Shown here: positions 34,620 through 46,725 of the stretch, in pieces
Numbering within the stretch: position 1 is the first letter of the stretch
How the letters are laid out: each line of letters begins with the position of its first letter
Source of the DNA: Scyliorhinus canicula
Taxonomy: Eukaryota
Reading direction: 5' to 3'
NCBI RefSeq assembly: GCF_902713615.1
Contig: NC_052148.1
Span: 105,703,098-105,767,097, forward strand
Length of the DNA: 64,000 bases
The notes under the pieces: model-generated
The model's database searches: none
Seen by the model: the letters and a program-made list of their open reading frames with translations, nothing else
Told to the model about the DNA's origin: nothing
Made by a program: the position numbers and the translations under genes

Positions 34620-34838
34620 TTTTATAAAATATTTTTATTCTCTTCCTTTTCCACATTTTAATACAAAGTTACACCCACCAACAAACAATCAATGGTAATA
34701 AATACAATGTCAATCCCCTGGCCAACAATTCCTTCCTCCCACCAACCCCTAAAAACCCTCAACATTTTTAATACCAACAACATATACAGTCCAACCCTCC
34801 CCACCACCATGTTCGATGTCATCCGGTTCTTGAAAGTG
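34620..34838 (-). mobile_element. Short L1-type 3' end insertion
   Basis: Poly(T) start; TSD AAAATGTAGCATTTCT at 34604-34619 and 34839-34854. Confidence 0.75.
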
Positions 34839-37447
34839 AAAATGTAGCATTTCTATGATACCCTGACCAACATTACTTCCTCAATGAAAACAGAATTATC
34901 CAAGTAATTGATATGTTGGCCTGTTAACGGCTACAGATTTTCATAGCAGTTAATTGGTAAGAAAGCCTTCAAAAAAGTTTTGAGACATGGAACTCATTAT
35001 TTTGTTATTTGCAGTAATCATAATTTGCTCATGTCAGCAGTCCACTGCATTTGAGGAAATATAAATTCTCACCTGCTTGCTCATCATAGAAACTCGGTAT
35101 AAAACTTAAGAGTTAATGATGATTACCACTCTACACTACTTGAATTAGTATGCACAGGGTGTGGAGATGGTATCTTTAGGCAGTGTGACTGCTACTTAGG
35201 TTAGGGGTCAATTTTCTGTTTATACTATGAAGAGATGATTTGCTTGAACCTTGGAGGAAAACATCCAATCGTGCAATTACAAATCTTGGTGATCCAAATT
35301 TGTATTTAGAGAGAGAATTTTGAATTATATAGTATTCAGAGGAACTGATGGAGTTAGTGGGAGTGGGAACAATTTGAGGTTATGTATTATAAATACCATG
35401 CAAGTGTAGAATTCTTGTGTAGAATTAAAGCACATTTGTTTAAATTATTGTGTGTCTGTGTATCCCCATCCCACAATATTTTATTAGTAACAGAACTGCC
35501 TACTGACTGCACATTGACAGAATAGAGTGTATTCTGATGAGGGCTGTATTGTAAATTATGTAGCAGGAAGCATTGAATAGCTATTTTAGTGAACATAAAC
35601 TGCAATTGAAATTCCATTTAGAGTAAATGTATCTAATTCCACCAATTGCTACAAATGATCAACTCATTATAAATGTCCATCAAATTATACCTGTCTCTTT
35701 AAGGGGAAAAAATGTCTTTTAAAGCCTCCCAACTTCCATCCCGTCTTAACCAACCTTTTTCTCTTAAGGCCTTAATTCTCAGCTTCACACCGATTTCTTG
35801 TACTACTTTGAATGGAAGCCAATCTCTCTCCATTTCAGTACCCCCACTTTGCTGTGAATTAGATCCTTTGTGACCATAGTATATTGAATACTGCAGAATA
35901 ATCGAGAAGGAGTAATCGTCTGCCAAAGCCTCCTTCCATCGTTTGAATTTTTTTGATTAAACTTCCAGGGCTCCATACCTATATACTTGATCATACTTGG
36001 TCCCAAGCGCTGCCATACTATGGGGAGGAGGGGGTGGGTGGGTGTAAGTGTAAATACATTTTTGAAAATGGGGATATTCGTTGATGAGTCCACAGTGCCC
36101 ACCATTTCCAACGACTCTGATGCTAATGTAGTTGTGTCCATATGCCGCAGGAACTGGGCAATATTCAGGCTGGAACTGATAAGTGACAAGTAACATTCAC
36201 GCCACGCAAATGCCATGCACTGACCATCTCTAAAAAGATTGAATCTTACCATCTCCCCATGACAGTTAATGGCATAGCATCACTGAATCCCCCATTATCA
36301 ACATCTTGGGCGGGGGGGGGTTACCAAAAGAGAAAATGCTGGAAAATCTCAGCACGTCTGGGAGCATCTGCTGGGAGAGAAAAGAACAAACGTTTCGAGT
36401 CCAGATAATTCATTGTCAGCTTTGACAAAGCTGAGATTTTCCAGCATTTTCTCTTTTGGTTTCAGATTCCAGCATTCACAGTAATTTGCTTTTATTCTGG
36501 GGGTTACCACTTGATTGGCACCCCATGCATCACCTGAAACATTCACTTCCTCCACCACCGAAGCACAGTGGCACAGTGGCAGCAGTGTGCAGCATCTCCA
36601 AGATGCACTGCAGCAACTCTCAATGGTTTGTCATAGACAGCATCTTCCAAACCCACTACCTCTGTCATCTAGAAGGACAAGGGCAACAAGCACAGGAACA
36701 CCCCTACCTGCAAGTTTCCTTCCAAGTTGCACACTATCCTGGCTTGGAAATATGTCACTGTTCCTTCGCTGGCGCTGGGTCAAAATCCTGTAACTCCCTT
36801 CTCAGCACTTGGTACCCACAACACAGGGACTGCAGAAGTTCAGGAAGGCAGTGCACCACTACTTCAAGGGAAATTGGGCGTGGGCAATAAATACTGGTCT
36901 AGCCAACACCACTCACCTCCAAGATATCTGCACTCTAAATCTGGCTTCTTGAGCTTCCCCTATTTTAATTATTTGACCTTTGGTAACTATGCATTCTGCT
37001 GCCAGAGCCCTAATCTCTGGGGTTTTCTCCCCAAGCCCTTCTACCTCTCTTCTTTAAGGTGCTCCTATCTGTCCAAATTCCTATGAAGACCTTTGGAACA
37101 ATTTACCATGCAAACGGTGGCATATAATTGCTGGTTGCCGATCTCATCATTTCAATGTTCAGGTTTAGCTAATAAGCTGTCTTGCTTTAATTTTAACAAA
37201 GCCAGCTAGTAGTTTCATGTTTTCATCTATCTGTTGTGCTTTGTCATAATGTTAGATGTGATCCAACTCTATCTACACCTGCCTGATTCTTTGGGGAGTG
37301 TTTGAAAGCCATACACATTCCATCACCGTGAAAAGAAACAGTTAGAATTAAGCTTTTGGTAAATGGCATTGAAATCATTACCCCTGTGATTAAGCAGTGC
37401 CATTATTGCAAATATGGTTAATAGTTGAGACCCAAGCACAGATCCTT

Positions 37448-37798
37448 TTTTAAAAAAAAATAATTTTTATTGAAATGTTTACAAAATATAAACATCTTAA
37501 CTCTATTAACAAACAACCGCAGTAACACCCCAAGAACAATACCCCCCCAACTTCAAGAGCAACTTCAAACAAAAGGAAAAGAAAAACAAAAAAGCACCCA
37601 AACAACAAAAGGGAAAGAGATAGCACCTGCCACATCCCCCAGACCCATGTACACAGTTCTTCCTCCCCCCCCCATTCCAGACCCCCCCCCCCCGGTTGCT
37701 GCTGCTGTCAGCCTATTTCCCTACCGTTCCGCCAGGAAGTCCAGGAAAGGCTGCCACTGCCTGAAAAACCCTTGTACTGATCCCCTCAGGGCAAATTT
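37448..37798 (-). mobile_element. L1 3' end insertion
   Basis: KFALRGSVQGFFRQWQPFLDFLAER* plus 3'UTR; TSD CCAAGCACAGATCCTT at 37432-37447 and 37799-37814. Confidence 0.88.
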
Positions 37799-37974
37799 CC
37801 AAGCACAGATCCTTGTGGGACACCGCAAGTCACCTCCTTCCAATTTGAGTACATGTTCTTCATCCCTACTCCCTCCCTTCAGCTTCCTACCCAATCTCTG
37901 GACTAGGTCCATAATTTGCCTTCAATTCCCTCCATGAGCTTTAATTTCATTTTAAAGTCTCTTTGGTGGAACGT

Positions 37975-39715
37975 TGTCAAATGCCTCTGGATGGGATCAA
38001 AGCAAAGTGGGAGGAAGAGTTTGGAGAGGGTATGGAGGAGGGGTTCTGATGTGAGGTGCTCCGGTGGGTGAATGCTCCACCTCGTGCGCGAGGTTGGGGC
38101 TGATACAGCTGAAGGTGGTATATAGAGCGCACCTCACTAGGGGGGAGAGGGAGGGAGGGGGGGGGGGGGGGGCTGCAAACCACGTTCATATGTTTTGGTC
38201 CTGTATAAAGTTGAAGGATTACTGGAAGGAGGTTTTTAGGGTAATCTCTAAAATGGTGCATGTGAAATTGGACCCGGGCCCTCGGGAGGTCATATTCAGG
38301 GTGTCGGACCAGCCGGAGTTGGAAACGGGTGCGGAGGCAGATATTGTAGCCGTCGCCTCGTTGTTCACCTGAAGGCGGATCTTTTTAGGATGGAGATGAA
38401 CCTCTCCACCCTGTGCCCTGGCATGGCGGGGGTGTTGCTAGTTGTGTCTTTACTTAATTTGCTCTGTTTAATCACCTTGCTCTAGAGTCACCAGGTATCT
38501 TTATGATACCACCACGAGGTTCAAGTTCAAGTGCTGATCAATAACTCAATACACCAGTTAGTAAGTTTCAAATCAAAATACATTTATCATATACACAGTA
38601 AATCGCTACTCATGCATAAAATACCACTCACTAGACTATCTCTAACACTAAATGGCCAATACTTAGCTTTGGAAAGGCCCACCAGGTCAGGGAACAATGG
38701 CCTTTCGTTCGATTCTGAGTCTGCAGGCTTCAAGCTTGTATGGACTAGTAGCTAGGAGCACCTATCTTGTAGCGTGCGTTGACTGGACACTTACTTGGTT
38801 GGTGCAGCTGCTAGGCAGGTCTCTCGTTGTTGAGAGTCACGGTCAAGAGTTGTTACGAGCTGCTGAGAGACCCTGCCAAGAAGCTGTTGGGTTGGTCTCT
38901 CCTTGCTGAGAGCCAAGTGCCAAGAAGGACTAATTAAACTTGGGGACTCTATTTTATAGTCCCCAGGGGCTTTGCGCCCTTTTGGGCGGTCCCTGCACCT
39001 GGTTCTAAGTGATTGGACTAAGTTCCAATCGCTTCTATCGATTTCTCCAATACTGGAGCTGTTCCCTGATCGCTGGGCGGTCCCTAAGTGTCCGTTGGCC
39101 TTCCTTTGTCTTGGCTCCTGCTGGCGCCGAGGAGTCTGGTTTGGTCTTGATTGCTCTTAATGTTATCAATTGTTCCCGGGGATCGCTCATTAATATGCAG
39201 ATGGTTTTTGGTTTCGGTTCTGTCTGGGTTTCTGCAAGTCCTAATATACAGGAAACTTTGCAACTGCTTGTTTTCCTGTGCTTGGCCATTTCTCCCTGCA
39301 TTCTTAGCGGATCTCCATTTTGGAATCGGGAAGTGGCCAACCCAGGTGGCTACAGGGGGACCTGCTGAAATTCTTGACGCTTGAAAGGTCAAATTTGAAC
39401 TGAGGGGAAGGATGGAGGGGTTCTACAATTCATGGCCTTATTCATTATGCACTTTCAAGAATTGGATTACATCGAACATTAGGGTTGGGGGTTGGGAGGA
39501 TTGGGGGTAGGGGGACTGACTATGTGTTGGTGGTGATTGGGTGATTCCGGATTCCTTTTTGTTATTTGTTTATGTTAATATGCGGGATGCTGTTTGGTGG
39601 GAGGATGGGATTGTTGTTGACATTCCATTCGTTACTGATTGTTGTTTATTGTTGGTGGGTGTAAATTTGGGAGAATATGTGAAAAAGGTGGAGAATAAAA
39701 ATATTTTTAAAAAAA
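37975..39715 (+). mobile_element. Decayed L1 3' fragment interrupted by a solo LTR
   Basis: STSCARLGLIQLKVVYRAH...HMFWSC; resumes after 39354 through 3'UTR and A-tail. Confidence 0.75.
38433..39354 (-). mobile_element. Solo LTR (922 bp) inserted in an L1 fragment
   Basis: TGTTG...TACA termini flanked by GGGGG duplication; L1 sequence resumes afterwards; minus-strand TATAAAA near 38952. Confidence 0.85.
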
Positions 39716-41365
39716 ATACATCCACAAACATTCTCCTTTCTATTTTAGTTATTTTCTCAAATTGTTCAGTTTAGTTAGACATGACCTACCGTTACAAATG
39801 TCTCTAATCAGCTCAAATTTCTTTCACTAAGCCCTCAATGTCTATGTCCTTAATTAGAAATTCAAATAACTTCCTTCTTGCAGATGTTAGATTAACCAAT
39901 CTCTAATTTCCTGGTTTCGCTCTCTCGTCTTTCTTATATAATGAAGTTCCATTGGCGTTTTCCAGCCTAAAGGGACAGTTTCTGATTGTGGGCACTTTGG
40001 AAGATTCTGACGAAAGCTCCTGCGATGCTTCCTTTAAAAGCCCTCGGTTGGAAACCATTCGATCATGCCGATTTGTCAGCATTTTAGTATCACTTTATTT
40101 TTTTAACTGTTTTCTAGCTTTTCTTAAATTTAACAAATTCCATTCTTTGATTCATTAGTAGTTTTCCTGGGATGTGAGGAAATATTCTCTTCTACTCTGA
40201 AGACCAGCACATAGTAGTTCAACAAGTCTGACATTTCCTTATTGTCAATTGCAATATTTCGACTATATTTTTGCCCTTGCCTTTTACTATAATTTTTAAA
40301 AATATATATTTTTATTCTCCTTTTTCACATTTATCATATTTACAACAACATATAATTAACATAACAACAAATACAGAATCCGTCTTTCGGGCATTCAGCG
40401 AGGCGAAGGTTAAGACATCTGCCTCAGCACCTATTTCCAACCCCGGCCAATCGACACCCCGAATATGGCTTATAGGGAACCTGATTCAAACCTTGTAATA
40501 TAATTGTAACACCTATTTGTTTATGTTAATCTTGAAATCACAAGAACATTTTTTTGTGCATTTTTTGCATTTCTTGTCTTTATTTTTCGCCCAGTCCCCT
40601 GGATTTTCACTCTTCGTTACACACCTATATACATATCACATTTGTTGGCCATGACTGTTTTATTTGGTAAGTAGAGCTCTTTCCCCTTCAAGAGTCTGAA
40701 TTATTCCTGCATTAAACAAAATTCCTTTTTGAACACCTCCCACGATTCATCATAGTTTAATCTGGTAGAAGTTTTGATTATTTTCTGCCATCTGTTTTTG
40801 TCCCGTACTGTTAAAGTTAGCCACATCAAAACCTAGAATCATAATAAACTTAAATTTCACCTTTTCAAACCTGACATTGAACTAGATCATATGATGACTG
40901 TTAAATCCAACAATAAGGGATTATTTTTCAATCTCTGACCCATTATTCATTACTAGTAAGGAATGCCCTCTTGTTGATTTTAGAACACAGTTTTCCGAAC
41001 AATCTTGAATGCATTCAAAAAATTCACTACCTTTTTGAGTTGAATTCTCCGCTCTTCCCAACCTGTCTACAAATTAAAGCAATGTATTGAAACAAATTTT
41101 CATCTGCTTCGAGCTCCTCTAAAGTCTGAGATAGTACATTTTGCCTCTCTTCATTATTGCTATCAAAAGGTCTGTAGCCAGCTGCCATTATAGTTTAAGC
41201 CCTGTCTGACTCCTCACTTCCAACAAGTCTCTGCTGATTACTTTCACTATCTTGCTTTAAGTTTGACAAAGCCACCTAGCAGTTTCATGTTTTCATCTAT
41301 CTGGTACGCTTTGTCATAATGTTAGATGTGATCCAATTCCATCTGCACCCGCAAATACTTTGAGT

Positions 41366-44300
41366 GGGGGGGGGGGGGGGGGGGGGGGGGGGTTGTTGTG
41401 TGTGGCGGTGGATCCATGAAGATTTGGGCAGCCGAGTGTGAAGGAGTTCTCCTTCTTCTCAGACGTGCATAAAGTGTACTCCTGGATTGATTTCTTTATT
41501 CTGAGCAGGGCTTTACTGACGAGGGTGGTGGACACGGGGTACTCGCCGATCACAATCTCAGACCATGTTCCGCATTGGGTTGACCTGCAGGTTAGTAAAG
41601 ACAGTAACCAGCGCCTGCACTGGAGGTTAGATGTTTTAGCTGATGAAGGGGTGTGCGAGCAGCTGACAAAATGTATTCAGAACTACCTGCAGGTCAACGA
41701 CACGGGGGAAATTTCAGCAGCGGTGGTCTGGGAAGCACTGAAGGCGGTGGTTAGAGGGGAGCTGATCTCGATACGGGCCCATAGGGAGAAGGTGGACAGG
41801 GCAGAGATGGACCGACTGGTAAAGGAGATACTACAGATCGATAGGAGGTAAGCGGTGACCCCGAGGCAGGGCGTTTAAGGGAACGGCGGGGGCTACAGAC
41901 GGAGTTTGGCTTGTTAACCACAGGGAGGACGGTGGAGCAGCTGAGAAAGGCGAGGGGGGTGATCTATGAGTATGGAGAGAAGGCCAGCAGAATGCTTGCA
42001 CAGCAGCTTAGAAAGAGGGAGGCAGCCAGGGATGTAGGGAAAGTAAATGACGGAGATGGGAACCTGGTTGGAGATTCAGCAGGGGTGAATAAGGCGTTTG
42101 GGATTTTTACAGTAGGCTGTCTGGGTTGGAACCCCCAACGGGGCCGGAGGGGATGAGGCACTTCTGAGGGGGGCTGAATTTCCCAAAGGTGGACGGGGAG
42201 CTGGTAGAAGGGCTGGGGGCCCCAATAGGGTTGGAAGAGATAGGGGAGGGTCTGAAGGCCATGCAGTCGAGTAAAGCCCCGGGGCCAGATGGATACCCAG
42301 TGGAGTTCTATAAAAAGTTCTCTGGGATATTGGGACTGGTGTTAATGAGGATGTTCAATGAGGGAAGGGAGAGAGGGGTGCTGCCGCCGACGATGTCACA
42401 GGCCGCGATTTTGCTGATCCTGAAGTGGGCCAAGAACCCGGTGGGTCCTACAGGCTGATGACCCTGTTGAATGTGGATGCCAAACTGCTGGCCAAAATGT
42501 TGTCCTCCAGGATTGAGGATTGCGTTCCGGACGTCATTGGGGAGGACCAGACGGGGTTTGTTAAGGGTAGGCAGTTGGTGGCCAATATAAGAAGGCTATT
42601 AAACGTGATCATGATTCCCCCAGAAGGTAGGGAGGTGGAGGTAGTGGTCGCAACGGACGTAGAGAAGTCTTTTGATCGGGTAGAATGGGAATATCTGTGG
42701 GAGGTACTGGGATGGTTCGGATTTGGGAGGGGTTTTATTGCCTGGGTTAGGTTGCTGTATCAGGCTCCTGTGGCAAGCGTATGGATGAATAGGACAACAT
42801 CGGACTGCTTTAGACTGCACGGGGGACGAGATATGGATGCCCCCTCTCCCCACTGTTGTTCCCGCCAGCTGTGGAGCTTCTGGCAATTGCTCTGAGAGCT
42901 TCAAGGGGCTGAAGGGGGGGGGGGGGGGGGGGGGGAGAGAGCACAGAGTCTCGCTTTATGCAGATGACCTGCTTCTGTATGTATCGGACCCAACTAAGGA
43001 GATGGAAGAAATCATGAGGATTCTAGGTGAATTTGGCCGGTTTTCGGGGTATAAGCTAAATATGGGGAAAAGTTAGATGTTCGCGGTCCAGGCGAGGGGA
43101 CAGGAGAGGCGATTGGGGCAGCTACCGTTTAGATTAGTGGGGAGAAGCTTTGGGTATCTCGGCAGCCAAGTGGCACGGGAATGGGACCGGCTGTATAATT
43201 TAAATCTGGCTCGACTACTAGAACAAATGAAGAAAGATTTTCGGAGATGGGATGCACTTCCATTGTCACTGGCTGGGAGGGTGCAGATGGTGAAGATGAC
43301 GGTCCTCCCGAGATTCCTGTCTGTATTTCAGTGTCTCCCCATATTTGTTCCAAGGTCCTCTTTTAAACGGGTCAACAAAGTGATCACTGGCTTTTTTTGG
43401 GCGGACAAGACCCCGCGAGTAAGGAAGGTAATGCTAGAGCGGGGTCGGGGAGAGGGCGGGCTGCGCTGCCAAATTTTAGTAACTATTACTAGGTGGCGAA
43501 TATAGCCATGATCAGGAAGTGGGTGGTGGGGGGAGGGTCGGCATGGGAGCTTATGGAGGCGGCTTCATGCAAGGGCACCAGTTTAGGGGCGTTGTTAACT
43601 ACGCCTCTGCCGTTGCCGCCGGCACGGTACTCCACCAGCCCCGTGGTGGTGGCGGCCCTGAGAGTCTGGAGGCAATGGAGGAGACATGTGGGAGCAGAGG
43701 GAGCATCGGTCTGGTCCCCAATCTGTAATAATCACCGGTTTGCCCCGGGAAGTATGGATGGAGCTTCCGGGTATGGCAGAGAGCAGGGATTGAGAGGATG
43801 GGGGCTATGTTTATAGAGGAGCTTTCCGAGTATGGGGGCACTAGAGGAGAAATTTGGGTTGGCGAGGGGAAACAAATTCAGATACCTGCAGGTATGGGAC
43901 TTCCTACGTAGACAGGTGTCAACCTTCCCGCTCCTACCCCCAAAGGGGATTCAGGACAGGGTAGTTTCCAGAGGACGGGTGGGAGAGGGGAGAGTCTCTG
44001 ACATTTATAAGGAACTTATGGGGTCAGAGGAGGCGCAGACCGAGGTGCTGAAGCGCAAGTGGGAGGGGGAGCTGGGAGGAGAGTTGGAGGATGGTCTATG
44101 CGCAGACGCGTTAAGTAGAGTCAACGCTTCCGCAACATGTGCCAGGCTCAGCCTGATACAATTTAAGGTCGTTCACTGGGCTCACATGACAATGGCCCGA
44201 ATGAGCAGATTCTTTGGGGCGGAAGACAAGTGTGCAAAGTGTGCGGGAGGACCAGCACACCATGTCCACATGTTTGGGCATGTCCGAAGCTTAGGGATTT

Positions 44301-44780
44301 TGGCAGGGGTTTGCAGATGTCATGTCCACGGTGTTAAAAACAAGGGTGGCACCGAGTCCAGAGGTAGCGATTTTCGGGGTGTCAGTAGATCCGGGAATCC
44401 AGGAGGAGAAAGAGGCAGACGTTCTGGCCTTTGCTTTCCTGGTAGCGCGGAGACGGATACTTAGAGAGACTCAAAGCCCCCAAAGTCTGAGGCCTGGCTA
44501 TTAGACATGGCTAGCTTTCTCTGTTTGGAGAAAATCAAGTTGCCCCTGAGAGGGTTCGCCCGGAGGTGGCAACCGGTCGTCGACTTCTTTGCGGAAAATT
44601 AATCGTCAGCAGAAGGGGGGGGGGGGGGGGGGGGCTAGTTTAGTTTAGAGTAGGGGGTTAATAAAGGTGGGACCTGTTAGGGATCTTTTGCACTATGTTT
44701 ATAGATACATGTACATTGTTTATTTTGTTGTTGTAATACCAAAAATACATCAATGAAATGTTTATTAAAAAAAATAAAAA
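41366..44780 (+). mobile_element. 5'-truncated decayed L1 (sense to TRAPPC13)
   Basis: Serial ORF2 fragments (EFSFFS..HK, GEKASRMLA, PGPDGYPVEFY, YADD, CARLSLIQFK) with stops and frameshifts; poly(A) at ~44766-44780. Confidence 0.9.
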
Positions 44781-45417
44781 TAGAGTCAACACCATTTGGC
44801 AACATCCCTAATTTACAAACCATGCTAAAACAAAAACACAGCAATGGAACTTGCTTTAAATGCGGGATACTGGTACTGTACTGGGCTACCAGCTCGGATT
44901 ATGTGTTCAAGCGTTTGGAATGGGACTGCAAGCTATGCACTTCGACTGATGCGAAAGAACTACCACTGAACCAATGCTGACATCTAGTGCTTTCTTGTTT
45001 TATCTCCTGTAAATAGGGTATGACATTTGATAGTTTTACATAGGTTCTGCAGAGGGCAGAATTAGGTTGGGAATTTGTGTGCATGCAGATCTGAAATGGA
45101 GAAATGTCACTGTGTTTGAAGCAAAATACCAAGATAAATTAAAACATTTAAAAAAATTCTTAGTTGAAGAATTGCTTTTAAGACAAATATTTAATGACAT
45201 TTATTTCTGCAGGGTAGTGCCTTCTGATGGACTGCTGCGTCCCAATATTGTGCTATTAAACTGTTGAAGGAAGCACAGTCAGTGACAAATCACTTCATTC
45301 TGAATGACTTATAGATTTTCAATTATGACAGTGTTACGGAAAAGGCCTCGCTAATATTCATTGACCTCCAGGGATTCAGGCTGAGACAAATGCTTGTGGC
45401 ACAGAACCATCATTTAT

Positions 45418-46167
45418 ATGGAGTTAGTGGTACATTATAGACCTAATCAAGACTGTTCTGCTGATGTTCTGAAAATTGCAAAAAGATTGCTGGAAGACTT
45501 CCCCCAAAGAACTTCACAAAGGTTCATGCCGTTGGTTCCAAATAATCTACAAAGCTTACCAGTGAAGCCTCAGAAATGTCCACCAACTATTTCAGATGAA
45601 GAAGCAAAAAGAATTGAAAAATATTTGGTTGAATTAGCATTCAAAACAGAAACTCAAAATTATGATTGCACGGAGGATCTTCTGGAATTTTCTGCAAATC
45701 TGCAGAGGGTTGGCCCTCTTACTTGGGTGGCTACTGCGGAATTGCTTCCGGAAATGACAAGTTTATGCTGTGAAGCTACAAATGAGGACTATAAATCAGA
45801 ACGGTCTTGGAGTATCGCAGGATGCAGCAGAATAAAGGGACCAAGCACTTTGGCAATCAGTCAAAGACTTCAAATGATCAAAGAAAACCTCCAGTTGCAT
45901 TCTTTTCAAAGGGCAAAGTGGGTCATTGATCAACCCAATTGCAGTGCTCGGCACCTGGAGGAGATCTGGGCAAAACTGAACAGTATTATTAAACATGGTG
46001 ACCTTCCTGGTTGTAATGCCAAAATACATAGACATCTTGGTCAAATATGGGTTTTCTGTGATATTGTGTGCTGTGAATATGTTGGTAATCTGATTAAACA
46101 AATATTAAATCTTGTAGGCAAAATCAGTTTATTTGTACATAGACATGGTTTAATTTATAAGTTGTAA
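45418..46167 (+). CDS. SHLD3: Shieldin complex subunit 3, 249 aa, single coding exon nested in TRAPPC13 intron 1
   Basis: MELVVHYRP...LPVKPQKCPPTIS...YDCTEDLLEF...RSWS...LEEIWAKLNSIIKHGDLPGCNAKIHRHLGQIWVFCD...GLIYKL matches recalled SHLD3 throughout; the true ATG is at 45418 (the ORF track starts at a TTG); same nested position as in mammals. Confidence 0.95.
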   Translation: MELVVHYRPNQDCSADVLKIAKRLLEDFPQRTSQRFMPLVPNNLQSLPVKPQKCPPTISDEEAKRIEKYLVELAFKTETQNYDCTEDLLEFSANLQRVGPLTWVATAELLPEMTSLCCEATNEDYKSERSWSIAGCSRIKGPSTLAISQRLQMIKENLQLHSFQRAKWVIDQPNCSARHLEEIWAKLNSIIKHGDLPGCNAKIHRHLGQIWVFCDIVCCEYVGNLIKQILNLVGKISLFVHRHGLIYKL

Positions 46168-46329
46168 CTAAGTAAAGTGTTACTTCAGAAGTAAAACAAC
46201 ATTGACATCTATGACTTCCTTGTTATTGTCTCTGGACCTTAAACAATATAGATTTATATGTAATTTTGATAAATAAGCAGGTTGTCTTTCATAACCAGTA
46301 ATCTGTAACTCTTCAGCATACTTGGGTTT

Positions 46330-46725
46330 CAGCCATGGCTCGGGTTGAACTCTCATCTGAGACAGAAGGTTGTCCAAATCCCACTTCAGACATTTGAGCA
46401 CAAAATCTAGACCAACACCTCAGTGCAGTACTGAGGGTGTGCTGCCCTGGTGAGAGTGCTGTTTTTCTTTGGATGAGATGTTGAACCATCTGGGGAAGAT
46501 TCCGTGGCACTGTGAAGGAAAAATGGAGACTTCTCTCCTGTGTTGTGACCACTTTCATTCCTCAGTTAACATCAGTTGAAAACAGATACCACCTTGTTTT
46601 GTAGCAACTTCCTGGACAAAATATTTCCTGCATGTTTATAAAAGTGACTACTTCGAAAGTACTGGATTGGCTGTGAAGCGTGTAAACATGTCCTGAGGTC
46701 ATGAAAGGCACTATATAATTGCAAT
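46330..46725 (+). repeat. Old Deu/L2-tailed SINE in the putative SHLD3 3'UTR
   Basis: CAGTGCAGTACTGAGGG...TGAGATGTTGAACC core and TGAAAGGCACTATATAATTGCAA L2-type tail. Confidence 0.55.

Noticed and set aside
41366-41392. Long poly-G/poly-C runs as special elements (also 22882, 38152, 42915, 44615)
   Set aside because: Mostly expansions of G-runs in L1 relics; homopolymer lengths are unreliable in assemblies
45394-45417. N-terminal extension MWHRTIIY of SHLD3, or an in-frame TRAPPC13-SHLD3 fusion
   Set aside because: Track start is TTG; homology begins at ATG 45418; the three candidate acceptors give stops or the wrong frame
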